Positions 27,331 to 42,615 of a stretch of DNA of 64,000 nt are shown one piece after another. Both the position numbers and the translations under genes were made by a program. Numbering within the stretch: the first letter of the stretch is position 1; the number at the start of each line of letters is the position of its first letter. This DNA comes from the human T2T-CHM13v2.0 reference genome, Homo sapiens. The DNA lies in assembly GCF_009914755.1 (NCBI RefSeq), contig NC_060928.1. One strand, given 5' to 3'. The notes beneath the pieces were generated by a model. That model was given only the letters and a program-made list of their open reading frames with translations, did not search any database and was not told where the DNA came from.

Positions 27331-29971
27331 AATGCGGACATGGAGGCAAAAAAAATTTCAAATGTTTTGATAGGAAATGGGAATTTCCCAAGTAAAGGTG
27401 GAGGTGGTCAGTAGTGTCCAGTTGTGCATTGTGTATCCTTTAATGGAGCTCAAGAGCCAGCCTAATGAAAAGAACTGTGCTTTTTAGTTAAATTATGTGG
27501 TCAGGTTTGAGTTACAAGGAAGCAAAAACGATACTGAAAAATTTGTGTTCTTGAAGATGTATAGTAGAGAGCAGAAATATACAACAAAACTGTCAATGAT
27601 GACATTTGAATATTGATAATGGGAACAAATGGGGTGGCAATTCTAATTTGTCCTAACAATCAGGCTTTTTTTTAATGAGCTTGAAGCAATTTAGTAATCA
27701 ATAATACAAATATGGGAAAATATAATGTCATACTCCAATAAAAATCTAAACTTTTGACGGTTTTAAAAACTATATTTCAAATAAAACATGATTGTCAGGA
27801 TTAAGAGAATTCAGAATATACTGGTCCTGAAGAAACATCCTAAAATCAAGGCCAAGGAAGAAAAATGGAGTATCCCGTGTTACCAATATAAAAGCCAAGC
27901 CACACATGTTCTACTCATAGCACAAACTGCTTTAAAGAAACATGGCTCAGTAACAATAAATATTTTCTTTAATCCAGTGAAGTTTCTTGGACTATATTAG
28001 AACATGTTACAATTCTGAATTTATTGCAATAGCTCTTAAAATTTTTTTCATTTCTTGCATTTGTCCTCATAGCTTATCTGAACCCTCAAAAAAAAATGTT
28101 TCCCTGAAATCCAGCCTATGGACTCTCCTTTTCCTTTCTTAAAAAAACATTTTTCTTACTTCAGGCAATTTCTCTCCTTGATTGTCTCAGCTCTCTCTAC
28201 ACACATTTTCTCAGTTTGGCTTTATTTTCTCAGGAAATATCTGATCACAAAGATCCAGTATAGTTCCTGTTTTAGAAATCTGAGATCATCAAGTTGATTT
28301 ATTGTAGTACAGTTTGAAGCTCTGTCAGATCTTATTGTAAAGCACCACTGAAGAACATCAACAAATTGCACCCATCAACTAATACTTGGACTTGTTTTAA
28401 CTCCCTGTCATTATTTAATTAGGCTCAAAAATGTCACTGTATGCAGAGAATCCATTGTTTTTCAGTACTGAAGAAATTCTTGTTGAAATAGGGTAATATT
28501 TTTTCTGGCATCATAAATTAAAGACAATAAGATAAATAGAGAGTTGACAGATATAAGAGAAGCAAAGTTAGTTTCCAGTTATATAACACCAATAAATTTT
28601 TTAAATGAAATTTTGTGTTAGCAGGAGGTCATAAATGTTAAAGCACACACCATTCACTACCCTCTACTTGTAGAAACATGAAGTAGCATGGAATTTATTG
28701 GCTTTAGGTTTGTCTAAATAGTAAGCTTAATGCACATATTTGAGTCTGAAGTAACTCTAAAATGTATATTTCGAAAAACTCCAGTGATAATTCAAACGGC
28801 TCATTTACGACAAGCTTTTGTGATAAAGAATCCTTAAAGAAACAAAGTTAAGCATGTCTTTTGCTTCTAGATCTTAAAAGATTTTTTCTTAGAGATGTCT
28901 GCTTTGATTTCTGGCCATGGTTTTGAAATAGTGGGGCTGGTAAGTTACTAAGCTCCTAAAACATAGCCTGAAAAAAATGAAAACAGGGCAAGTAGAAATT
29001 TCAAACCTTATTTCCCACAGAATATTCAAAGAATAGGATAATCCTGCCTGTTTTAGTTCTATTTATGGCATCTGGCAAACTCTGTCATCACATTATATTT
29101 TTAAACATGTCTTAAAAGTTTTAAAATGATGACCCTCATTTTGTGTATACTCTTTTTTTAAAATCTCAGATAAAATATGTGAGGGAATGAGATTAGAGTA
29201 TTTCCTGTCACAAAAATAGAATGTTCTTATGTGTACATAGAAAAGAAAATATAAGTAGTCCCTAAGTGTGTTTTCCTTCATACTTATCCACTGCTCATGG
29301 CACACCACATGTTGCCAAAAACACACACACAAGAAGCAGTGCCTTCTTTTTGATTATTTGTGATTCATTGTAAGCATAATATAAGAAAAAGAAACAGCAA
29401 AATTCTGGGGATATAAATAGAACAGTTTTTAAGAGAATTTACTAAGGCATCACCTGAGAAGAAAGTTTTGTGATTTATTTAAGAGTATGAAGCAGTGACT
29501 AAGAAGAGTTGTCATACAACTTGCTATTTTCTTTTGGGAACAGTATTTCTCATGCTCAGAGGAAATGGCTTAATCAAACAATCCAAATATATTAATATAT
29601 CATAGAGAGGGATAAAACTATATATTCTGGAACTTTGAGGGACAAAATTCTTTGTACTATATCTTTATTTTTAACAGAAGTGTCTATTTTCTATTACCAT
29701 TTCTGCTATTTGTAAGAGTAGTTTCCAACAACCGAATGGGGGCTGTGTAAAGCCATTATAATGCAGTTTACATCTGTCAAAAGGATATCTGAATTCCATT
29801 GAAATACTAAAGTGGTAGAGTGAAACAGAGATGTTATATGCCACTGAAGATTATTTTTCTAAAGTTTTCAGAACACTTTTTGTAATATTATTAAGCCAGT
29901 GACATGATCAATGATGTGTACAAAGGGAGAAAGAATACTTCCCAAATATAATTGTATACAATGCTTTTTAA

Positions 29972-30302
<331 letters not shown>

Positions 30303-31592
30303 TGCAAATCCTTTTATTTAAACATTAGCTTCAACATATTTTAGACAATTTCAATTATGTGACTTTTGAATGAGTAACACTGAGCCTGCAGCCATGCAGG
30401 CACTCTCTTTTCATCTGCACTGGTTGGTGTGACATTGTTCTGCAGCTGATGAAATAAAGGTCCACCCTCTTGTACCTCTTGGGTTATCCCCCTTAAACAA
30501 CAGCTTGAGAAGTATAATGACTGGGGAAAAGGAATAATGTTTACTCAGCAAAGATCCTTTTCGGAATTCGTAGATAATCTCCAGTGCCAAGGAAGTCCCT
30601 GCAGGAAAACAGAGGAATATTACCTCTCACCACCATGCTTCTTCCATTCCATGTTACAGTATTGCCTACTTCAACACTTTCAAAACTGGCATCAGTCTCA
30701 GAACTGATGTGTGCATGGATATAGAAATTTATACAAAGTTCATACATAGGAATTAATGTTATTCCTGAGGCAAGAAAATACAGTAATAATCTAATGGCCT
30801 TTTCTTCATCATTCTCTCTGTGTTGGCTCTATTTTCTATTCCCTTCCTTTTTCTCCCTCTGGAAGGCAATATGGTGTATTGGTTGTAGATTCCAGCATAA
30901 TAGAGTTGACACCCTGCTTGTTTGGGTTTTTGTCAATGGTTCTTTAAGTTTTAAAATATTATTGATCTGACTTTAGTGGCAAATTCTACCTAGAATATTT
31001 TTCTTGTCATTTTAATTATTTGGAAATTTGTAGATAAGTGACAATTATTAAATACTCATATCCAAATTATGGGGGTCCTTCTTGTATTTTGGCAATCAGA
31101 ATCTGGAACAAGACTCTTTATTTGTATGTTATTTTCTCACTTGGAGAGTATCTTTGAGAGACCTTACAGATTTTGTTATTTTGTATTTTTAACATGACCA
31201 CACAATTTATGTCTCTTCCTCAAATAGGGGAGATATTTTCAGTTAATGTAATATGGTAAAAAAAAAAATTAAGCTAAGAGCAAACACAAAATAATAAAAA
31301 CACAAAGCCAAAACTAAAAGTAACTTGTAGTATTTCTTTGCTTAAGGATACACAGCTTATTGTACTTGTATCTTATTAATATATTAAATCTTCCCTCACT
31401 CATTCACACATGCTCAACTTGACTCATTCACACATGTTAATATTGGATAGTCTCTGGATCAATATAGGTGCATTAACTGCTTAATGTTTGATTGCATTGA
31501 TTCACCATCACAGAGTTCCCAGAATTCCCTGGAAGAAGGGCTGTTCCCTGGATGTGGGAAGGTATGCTGCATGAAACATGTCCCTCATAATA

Positions 31593-31671
31593 TTAGGTTG
31601 GTGCAAAAGTTATCACAGTTTTTGCCATTAAAAGTAATAGTAAAAACCGTGATTACTTTTGCACCAACCTA
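31593..31671. mobile_element. MADE1 (Hsmar1-derived MITE), near full length
   Basis: ttaggttggtgcaaaagt...acttttgcaccaaccta: long TIRs around a short spacer, TA-flanked. Confidence 0.93.
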
Positions 31672-31726
31672 TACATTCTTGTATCAGAGTTGTGAAATTT
31701 ACCCACAGTTTAGTTTTATACCTACT

Positions 31727-31760
31727 ACACACACACACACACTCACACACACATATATAC
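31727..31760. repeat. Interrupted (CA)n/(TA)n microsatellite
   Basis: Read directly from the sequence. Confidence 0.8.
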
Positions 31761-32064
31761 AATTTAGAGAAAATTCCAAGTTATCATTATAATATTATTC
31801 CTAAGTAGCTGAGAAAAAAGTTTGCTAGAATTTGAATTTTTGTTAACAGTGTTTGAATATCAAGTCTATCTTTAAAAAATATGGGGCTTTCTAAAATAAT
31901 TTTCTCTACATTAGCCTTCCTATTAATTTAATGCATCTCAGTTGTATCAGAACTTTTCTAGTTCTAGTTACAAAAACTCAACTCAAGCCAACATCAGCAA
32001 AAAAATGGAATTTATTAGAACATAAAATTGAGAAGTCCAAGGGAAGATCAGCCTTCAGGCATGG

Positions 32065-33068
<1,004 letters not shown>

Positions 33069-33729
33069 GGACTGATCTAAATATTCAAATGATGTTAGCA
33101 GGATTTGCTTTTTCTCCATTTCTCAGCATTGCTTTCTTCTGGGTAGTTTCATTCTAGGCTGGCTGCCTCCATATTATGGTATGAAGAATTCAGCAGAACA
33201 AAATTTCTCTTCTTGTCAGTTGTCACAAAAATCCCAGAAGTTAGTATGTTGACTCTAATTAGCCTGAATTGTGCCACATGGCATCCCCAAAGCCAGAAGA
33301 TGTGTTATTATTTTTGACCTCATTAGATATTATGCTTTCCCAACCCTGCCCTCCTCAGAATGCCATTATCAGACTAAAGTAATTATTTCGGAGGGGAAAG
33401 GAGGGGGGCAAAACAACCTTGAATAAATAGAGACACAATATCTGAAGAGCAAAACTACAGAATTTACTGCATGCCTTAAATGCCTTATATCCTGTTGGGC
33501 TTTATTTTTAAAATCATTTTACAAGGTTCTAGATCATAAAAGGAAATTAAAGTCATCCAGCTTAGTCAAATCCCTTGAGTTTACTACTAAAAAAAGGAAA
33601 TTCAATGTTTGTGGTTTCAAACCTAGAATTTCTGTTAAAACTGAATCAAAAAGTTGCAAGATATAACTTCTTTTTTAATGATGAGGGGCCCCATCTACTT
33701 AACTAAACATATTCCCCGAGCAATAGTGG

Positions 33730-34265
33730 TATGCATGTGTCATCTGATATAACTCAACAATTTGGATGGAACCCAAGGCATTATGCTCAGTGAAAAGCAT
33801 ATCTCAAATGGCAACCTACAGAATGATTACATTTCATATAAAATTCTTAGAAATGGCAGAATTATAGTGATGGAGAACTAATCTGTGAGTGCCAAGAGTT
33901 GGGACTGGGGAGAGAGTGTGACTATAAAGGAGCAAGAAGGAGCTTTTTGGAGTGATCAGACAGTTGTGTGTCCTGATTACCATAGTGGTTTCACAAATCA
34001 ATATGTATGACAAAATTCCACAGGACTGTACACCTCCCCACAATGCAAAAAACATGAGTGCATGTAAAAACTTGCAAAACTCCAATAAGGTCTGAGTTTA
34101 GTTAATAGTATTGTGCAAGTGTGAATTATGTAATACTGGTTTTGCTCATTTTACTATAGTTTCCAAAGATGTTATCTGTAGGGGAAGCTACCGAAGTTAC
34201 AGAATAAATTTTTGTACTATTTTTGCAACTTCTAAATGAGGGTAAAATTATTTCAAAATAAAGTT
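33730..34265 (+). mobile_element. L1M 3' end (L1MD-like)
   Basis: 'ggcattatgctcagtgaaaa...gtgccaagagttggga...atgagtgcatgtaaaa...gtactatttttgcaacttct...aattatttcaaaataaagtt'. Confidence 0.75.
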
Positions 34266-34499
34266 GGCAAAAATGATAGTTAAAAATTGTAGCAAATTGA
34301 GGGAGATTTTCTGGTAAGAATCGGGAAACAAAGTTCTTTTTAATTTTTTGATTTTTTCATAGCAAACAAAAAAGTATTAATAATTAGCTTGGATATAGAA
34401 GAAATAAAATGGGTGCTTACACTATTCTAAAAATGAAAGATATTTTAATAATATTAGGCTTTAAAAGCAAAGAAAACAATTACAAAAATGCATGCAAAT

Positions 34500-35792
34500 A
34501 AAGAGGACAGAAAATTAGAAAATTAGTATGAACCACCCTATGGTACTGAAGTCAGAGATATTAACATGGAATAATTTTTTAAAATATATGCTGAGAATTG
34601 TATGTGTGCACATGAATTAGCATAACATGCATATATTTCCTAGCTGTATACACTGAGAGAGGCTGCAAAGTGTGAGGCCCCAGTAACAGTGAGCACACTT
34701 AATGTCCAGATTTTGGTTTCTAAACATCATCTTTCAAAAAACAATAACTAGAATGCCTTGGAGAGTTCATTGATTCCAGGGCAGGTGCAGAGAATCTGGG
34801 ACACCTTGTGTACCAGATTTTAAGGATTTGCTAAGAAAAAAAAACAAAAAACAAAAACAGTGGCATATTGAAAGGGCCCACTAACCAACTTGAAAGAGCT
34901 TCTAATGTTCAAAGTGGGAATAATTTGAGCAAGGAAAGAAAGATAGTATCAGATTATAACCCAAGGACTATGATAAAATTACATGAGTCTATACTAATAG
35001 AAATAAATTACTGAAAAATTTTAAATGAGGTAGAAGTGAATATTCTTTCTTATAGAAAATTCCAAATCACAAATATCCAAAGAATAAGGAATATAGAAAT
35101 CACTCTAAAAATAATAATTGCTACAGGAAAATCTATCTATGAATGCTAAAATTGGTGGGCATAATTTGAAGTGGAACCAGTAAATTTGCATAGACTCCAA
35201 GTATCTCTTTTCAAATATTTAATAACTATAAAGAGAAAGATGCAGCTTTTAATGCAGAATCCTGGCAGCATCACTTAGCCAAGTGATCAAAGTTAATACT
35301 ACTGGTAATATACTGATATCACGTGCCTCTTGAGTGACCTACTGAGAGGTCACATCCTCTCTGTGTCATCATTTCTAATAATGTGTAACCTCAATCTGAT
35401 GATGAGAAAACATCAGACAAACTCAAATTCAGGGGCAGTCTACAAAATCACAGACTAGTCATCTTCAAAAATGTCAAAGTCATAAATGGCAAAGACAGGA
35501 ATTGTCACAGATTGGAGAAGACTAAAGAGACATAAAAACTAAATGCAGCATGAGATCTTCAATTGGATCCAGGAACATGACAAGTAAAAAGCTGGTGAAA
35601 GCAAAGTAATCTCTGTAGTGTAGTTTATAATACTGTACCAAAATTAATTGCTTAATTTGGATAATTGTATCAAGGATATGTGAGATATTAACACAAGATA
35701 AAGCTGGGTGAAGAGTATACAGGAACTCTATTATATTACCTTTGCAACTCTTCTCTAAGTCTAAAATTATTTCAAAATTTGTAAAGCTTAAA
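34500..35792 (+). mobile_element. L1MC 3' UTR (L1MC4-like)
   Basis: 'ccagtaacagtgagcacacttaatgtccagattttggtttctaaa', 'ccaagtgatcaaagttaa', 'atgagaaaacatcagacaaac', ends 'aagtctaaaattatttcaaaat'. Confidence 0.8.
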
Positions 35793-36012
35793 GAGAAAAA
35801 TGTTTCCCAGGTTATTGTGACAATGAATCGGGCTTGAGAATCACTGTGCTGATGATTGGTGACTGAGTTTCCTCCAGCTCTTTGCTCTTGTACCAGAGAG
35901 TAGAATTGCTCAGATAGAGCAAAGCAGAAAATAGGTCCCAGGCTGAATGAAATAGGGCCCAAATGGTAAAATAGCAAAATCTTAAACCATTGCTGGACAT
36001 AAGGTAGGAATT

Positions 36013-36136
36013 AAGAAGAAGAACAGGAGGAGGAAAAGGAGGAAGAAGAGGAGAGAGGGGGAAGGGAAGGAAGAGGAAGAAGAAAAGGGAGAGAAGGAAA
36101 GGAGGAAGAGAAAGAAGAAAAAAGAGGAGGAGGAAA
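36013..36136. repeat. GA-rich polypurine low-complexity tract
   Basis: About 120 nt of almost only A/G. Confidence 0.9.
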
Positions 36137-38032
36137 ATATGCTCAAAGAAACTTCTGAATAAAACTTAATTATTAGAATACAAATCTTATTTCATTAAGC
36201 CATATCAAAAGGCTGGAACAATTTCTGCTGCATAGCAACTGAAACAGTCTACATTGAAACAATGCTTATAACCATGTGGCCCTCTGCTAAATGCTGGGAA
36301 TTTTAAAAATGTTAATGTTTGCCTTATATATTATTCAAGAACATTTTAGCACAAGTAGTTTATTTCCTAGATATTCATAAGATAAATATATGCAGCTTGC
36401 ATACTATTTTCAGTTGAAAGTTCTCAATAGGAGAAAAAGATCATTCATATTAAGAAATCATTCAAATTAAAGCGTCCTTTTTTAAGTTAAATACATAAAA
36501 ACACAAAACGTTTTTAGTTAAATACATAAAAACACAAAGCTTGGTACGGCTCTAAGATGAACACAACATATGCCTCAAATGTGAACTATGGATGGTTATG
36601 TCTCAGTTATTAATAGTCATTTTAAACTATCTATAGTTTTATATTTTTTATCCTTTTTTTGTTCAAGTATAGCAATTTTAAAGTGCATTAAAAATAACAG
36701 TATAATTAGGTGATAAATTTGCTAAACCTATATCCTACTTTTTACTCAGATTCTCCTATTATAATGCCCACCAGATTAGTAGAAGGGTCTGTGCCCTACA
36801 AATAGTGCTTTATGTTGTATGATTAGGAAATATTAAATGAAAAATATTGATAACTATATTTCAAGTGTGGTCTAAGTCTAAATTAGGTAAAAGCCTGGGA
36901 AAAGTTATCAAGTCTTGCTGTACTTACTTAAATATTATATAACATTTTTCATATACTTGTAATATGATATAAGGCTTCTCTTCCATATGGTTGGTCAGTT
37001 GCTCTGCTACAGGAATTTTCTTTCCAAGTAAAAATTGAAATATGTATATTTACAGTGTCATCCCTTGGGCATATGTATAGATGGTGTCTTATGAGATTCC
37101 CTAAGTAAAATAGGAGTAACTGAAGTGGATTGCTGAGACTGTTACATTTCTCTGTACTTTAGAAATCATATGAAAATTATATAACTGTTCCCTGTAGATC
37201 AAACCATGTGCTTGTGTAGGCAGCAGCTACTTATTCCAACAAAACACGGCTTGTGATCCCCCTTGGGAAGTGAGCCGGCCATCTCAGGCAGGCATTCCTT
37301 CCCTGGCAATATGTTAGCCAGACATGGTGAACCCATTATTAATGCATCCATGTATGATAGGTGTATTTACATTATTCAAGCTCAAGAGAATGATGGAGAA
37401 GACCACAGCTCTAGCACCATTTTTATTTGGGCTGGATTACTTTCATCAATAAAATGGTATTTCTCCATGAAATTAAGATACATACAAAGCCAAATGACAT
37501 TTGAAAGATGACTTGGTGAACCTGGACTCTGAAGAATGTGCCGTGTATGTAACAAGTTTTTAATAATTCAACTAAGCTATTTTATAATGAAGTGAATGTC
37601 ACAGAAGATGGAAATCAATAAAATTCATTAACTAGGGCCCCTTCATGGATAATGTTTGGATAAGAATTAATAGCACTGGCTTCTTGATTTCCCAATATGA
37701 CCACCAGTTGCTATGTAGCGCTAACCAAACGACTTTACCTCTCATAATCTCGTATCCAACTCCAAAGTTTACTGTGATGATTAAGATAATATTTATATGA
37801 CCCACCTATATAAAAATTTCTCAATGAAGATAGCACCCTCCATATTCACTGCCTACTTCTGTTTTAATGCCAGAAAGAGTTTTGAGCTATGAAATAACTC
37901 ATGTCTACCTAACTGTGCTGCACTGAAAGCAGAACACTTGTGACTCAACTGAAGAGTTAGGCTTAAGAGCTGAACTAGCACATGTTCAGAGAAGGAGATA
38001 ATTTATAATGATGGATAAAGAATAATAATACT

Positions 38033-38350
<318 letters not shown>

Positions 38351-38439
38351 TTATAAAGGAAAAGAATTGAGACTATCAGATTTAAAGTAGTTAATATCCA
38401 GTTTGAAAAATAATTTGTATGGTAAGTCGAGGTAGTTTC

Positions 38440-38670
38440 AGGCAGCACATTGGAATAAAAAGGATAAAGGGGTTGTGAGCTAGATGGACTTGCTTTGCAA
38501 TTTCCAACTCTTTAGCACAGCCTGAGGAAGTCATTTAGTATCCATGAATTTCTGTTTTCACATTTGCAAAACAATAATAATTATAAAAATAATTGATGAA
38601 GCTAAAAACAAATGATATATTAAGGTATATAAATTGTCTGGCACACAGTAGGAGTTCAACATGTAGTCCT
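38440..38670 (+). mobile_element. MIR SINE
   Basis: 'aagtcattta...tctgttttcacatttgcaaaa...tctggcacacagtaggagttcaa'. Confidence 0.6.
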
Positions 38671-39454
38671 TAACATTATACTTTGTGGTTGTATTCATGT
38701 GAACTTCAGAATACCAAAATATTACATTGGGTCTGGCTTTTGTGCCTTACTGAGGCCCATGTGTGAGAACAAAGACAGTCACAGTCACCTCCTATACCAA
38801 TTGAGGTTTCAGTGTATTACAGTTTTCTGAATCTTAGAAAATACATTGCTGTAGAAGACTGCTTAGTGCTAGTAATATTGTTCTTAACTAAATTAGAGCT
38901 TAATTCATTTGCTGTCTAAGATGGATCCCTTCCAGGGCGTCTTCCCTATTACTGGAATGAAGAGGAAGAAGGGACAGCGTAACACTTTCATGCCTACAGC
39001 TTGAGAACAATTTTTATACCTTCATCATGATGCTCATTTTGCTATTCCTTTCTTTAACTCTTTGTATTTGTATCTATTTCCTTATGTTTTATGGGCCTGA
39101 AGCTTAATTTGCCTCAAAATCTTTTAAAATATTGAGATTCTTCTGTTTCTAAAATTTATAGCCACAATATCCCTTGTGCCATTTGCCCAGGTTAATTAGT
39201 TAGGGGGCAGTTCACACCTTCTTTTCCATGTGATTTACAGGGCAGTTCACACCTTTTTCTGTGTGATCCCCATTGTGGGATTTACAGAATGTGGCTTTGC
39301 AAACAGTGTGCCATGGATCTTTGCATATTCTTATTAGAGTCAGAGGCTCCTAATGGTTCTGAAACATATTTTCCTTCATAATAAATTTCAAACACTTCGT
39401 TTCCAGTGCCAGGAAGATTGGAATTTTTATATTTTTTTATAAATGGACAAATTC

Positions 39455-39640
39455 TTTTTTTTTTCTTTTTCTTTTTCTTTTTTTTTTTCCTCGAGATGAA
39501 GTCTTGCTCTGTCACCCAGGCTGGAGTGCAATGGCACAATCTTGGGTCACTGCACCCTCCGCCTCCTGGGTTCAAGGTACACTCCTGCTTCAGCCTCCTG
39601 AGTAGCTGGGCTTACAGGTGTGTGGCTAACCTTTTGTATT
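39455..39640 (-). mobile_element. 5'-truncated Alu (right monomer plus part of linker)
   Basis: T-rich tail and right arm only; TSD gacaaattc (39446-39454, 39641-39649). Confidence 0.9.
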
Positions 39641-41419
39641 GACAAATTCCTTAAATAGCGTTTTATAGAATGGGATTGCAGATACAATTAGATTTAGGAA
39701 AATCTCCAAAATTTTGTACAACTCATTATAATGAGCAGTATAATGAACATTGTGATAAAAAAGCTTGGACCAACTAGAGGTCTAATTGTCCTTTGACCCA
39801 ATAACTTAGTGAATGATACAGTGTTTCTTTGCAGCAGCTCTTCATCATCTTTACAACAGGTACTGTACTTGGATCATCAGTAGTTGTAATAGTTGCAATA
39901 AACTTATACTAAAATATAATATACTATGTAAATTTAGATATAAAATGCTACATAAAACAAGATTTTTATGAATCATTAAAATATACATTGTTAACTGAAA
40001 GGAGGTCATTTTCTTCTCTTTAAGAGAGCTAGGTAATACTACCAAACAGTATATAAATGAGCATGGCTTATTTAAAGAAAATACAGTGGAGCAGGCAGCT
40101 CAGAAACATAAATCCAATTACTAAGTCAGATAAGAATTTTGTCATCATTTTACAGGATATCACAAACTGATGAATTTCTGAGAGACCTCAATCAATTAAT
40201 TTTTAAAAGATGTTGGATTTGTACAGGGCTTTATATTTTTCAAAATATTTTATTTTATTTGAATGTAAGCTTTCTATTCTAACCCTTTCCTGGGTTTTTC
40301 TCTTGAAGACATTAGCTGTACACTCAGAATGTACAGCATTCTGAAACTGTCAAAGAACAGACAATATTCCAGTATACACAAAACTTCCCATCTGCAATTT
40401 TTAGTTCAAAGACCCATGGAGCTTTGGAGGTGGGATAATGTACCCACCATAGCTTTTGTTGCTTTTTGTGTTAGTCAATGGCTTCTATTTCTCTTTCCTT
40501 TAATCTCTAGTTATATTAGGTACCATCTTAGTTGCAGATACATGCGGACAAAACAAGAACAAAGGTATGAGATAAAAGTTTATTTGAGCTACAAGTTTAT
40601 AGCAAATACGAATGCAAGTTGATTAGGGAGCCTGTGGTGAGACTTATAGGGAGAGTCTCATAAAAATATATCATCTTGATACTTTCGTCTTTGAAACTGT
40701 GCTAGAATGCCTTCATTACCGATTATTCCTTTCAATATTGATGACTTTGACCAATAATCTCACTGTTTCCCGCCTCCCAACACCACCCATTCCCCTTGCG
40801 TCCTTTCGAAAAGCACTAAAGGCAAAGGTGATATTTAGGTCCTCTAAGAGTCAATGTGGGTGAAAATGAAATACTTCTTCAGAGCACAGTCAGGATGATT
40901 ACCCAGCCGCTTTGATAAATTTACCGACATCTGTTACAGAGTCATTTCTGCTGCACAAATCTGCCATTAACAAACAGTAAGGACTTTAATTAACTGAAGA
41001 TACCAAGGAGTGATACTCTGATAAAATGGCACCATCTGGAAAGAAAGATGTAAAATTTTCTCCTCAGCTGTGTTGATTGGGGATTATATTAAAATGTGTC
41101 TTGATCACAAATGATTCCCCTGCTGTTGTAGGGTTCTTTATTAGTAGCATACTAGCAAAGGCTTTATGGCTTGAAATACTTTGCTCAGGTGTGCCGCAGC
41201 ATTAAAATGTAAATTTTCTGAACTTCGGATTTTTCCTTTGGCCTTTCGTTGATGCCCCATTAGTGCTCATTAACTTTTCCTGCTCCACAAAGAATGATGT
41301 TGATCAACTTTGAGCTTCAAGAAGAGGTCAGCCAGAACCTAGCAGTGCCTAAACCCTTGGCAATTGTTCTTAACAAGCCTATTTGGAAATTTAATGTAAA
41401 TCAGGATCGTCTCTCTAGA

Positions 41420-41513
41420 AGAATGCACATGTGTACATAATCACAGAATTTTGGATATGATTTCAGGGCCTCCTAGACTCTCAGGAGGCATGCATCCCAG
41501 GTTAAGTATCTCT
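41420..41513. mobile_element. Possible hAT-Charlie (MER117-like) fragment
   Basis: 'aattttggatatgatttcaggg...cccaggttaagtatctct'. Confidence 0.35.
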
Positions 41514-42615
41514 TCTTCAGACATACTTATTTGTCTCTCTCATACATACAGCATTACATTCCTTCTGGCAGCCTACCCCATTCAGCTGCTTCATTTGACC
41601 AGATTTTCAAAGCTTTTCAGGAAACATGAACTTTGAGTTTAGAAAACTAAACTTGTTCCAATTTGGTTCAGTCTGATGGGTCCCAATTGAGTATTTTTAC
41701 CCCTGACCTCAAAGAGTGATAAATTAAATCAGTTGCAAGTCGTTAAGTCTTGGCTTCCACTCATCTAAGGTCTAAAGGGGAAGAAGGGATGCTTGAACTG
41801 GATTCTAAGGGGAGGTACATCTAGAGGACTCTATCACAAGCTTCTTAGCAAGGAAGCAATGCTTGCTACCATTTAAGTTCACAGAAGCTTAGTTAGTATA
41901 ATTAATTGTTGAAAATATGTATAATTGTTGAAAATATGCTGTTTGGCAATAATGTGTGACCATCATGAATTACATGGCCTAAAATTACACATTCTACTTC
42001 TAAGGGCATTTGAGAGAAGGCTTTAGAAAGCAGTCTGCACATGCTAGAAGAACATGACACCCTCCCATGGGTAGCAGTTGTTCCCTATGACATATTTTTT
42101 TAATTGGGGGCTGGATTGGGAACTCAACAAGAGAATGTTGCTATATAATCCACTGTGATCTGAAAAAACATGCACAAAAATGGGAGTTAAGAAATAAAGA
42201 TGTTCACCAGCTCAATTGTTGAATAATTATTATTTTCATAAGTTCACTTGGGTAATCTCTAGTTCCAGTTTTCCATTTCTAAGAAGAGAATGCTAATGTA
42301 ACTCGGAAATTAGGTAATTAAGAGAAAGCTTATGACTGCCCAAAAATATGTAGCTTTTGCTACATATGGCTTTTTCCCAATTTTATTTACATCAGTCTGA
42401 ATAAAGCCTTGCATTTATCAAGTGGCAGAAAAGACATACATAATACACTTTTTAACTTAACAAAAGACCTATATTATGCTGTTCTAAAATAATTTTATTT
42501 ACCTTTTTAACCAAATCAAAGGCACCCAATGCCACAAAGATATTTTCAGCTAATGCTAGTGTCTTCAAGTCAGAGAGCATTTGTAAAATTGTGTATTTTT
42601 AACAGTATAATTTTT

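Noticed and set aside
35522-35977. 151-aa minus-strand ORF
   Set aside because: Largely antisense to the L1MC 3' UTR, with no recognisable domain
42346-42367. 9-bp hairpin atatgtagc-tttt-gctacatat
   Set aside because: Arms this short are expected by chance in 64 kb of AT-rich DNA
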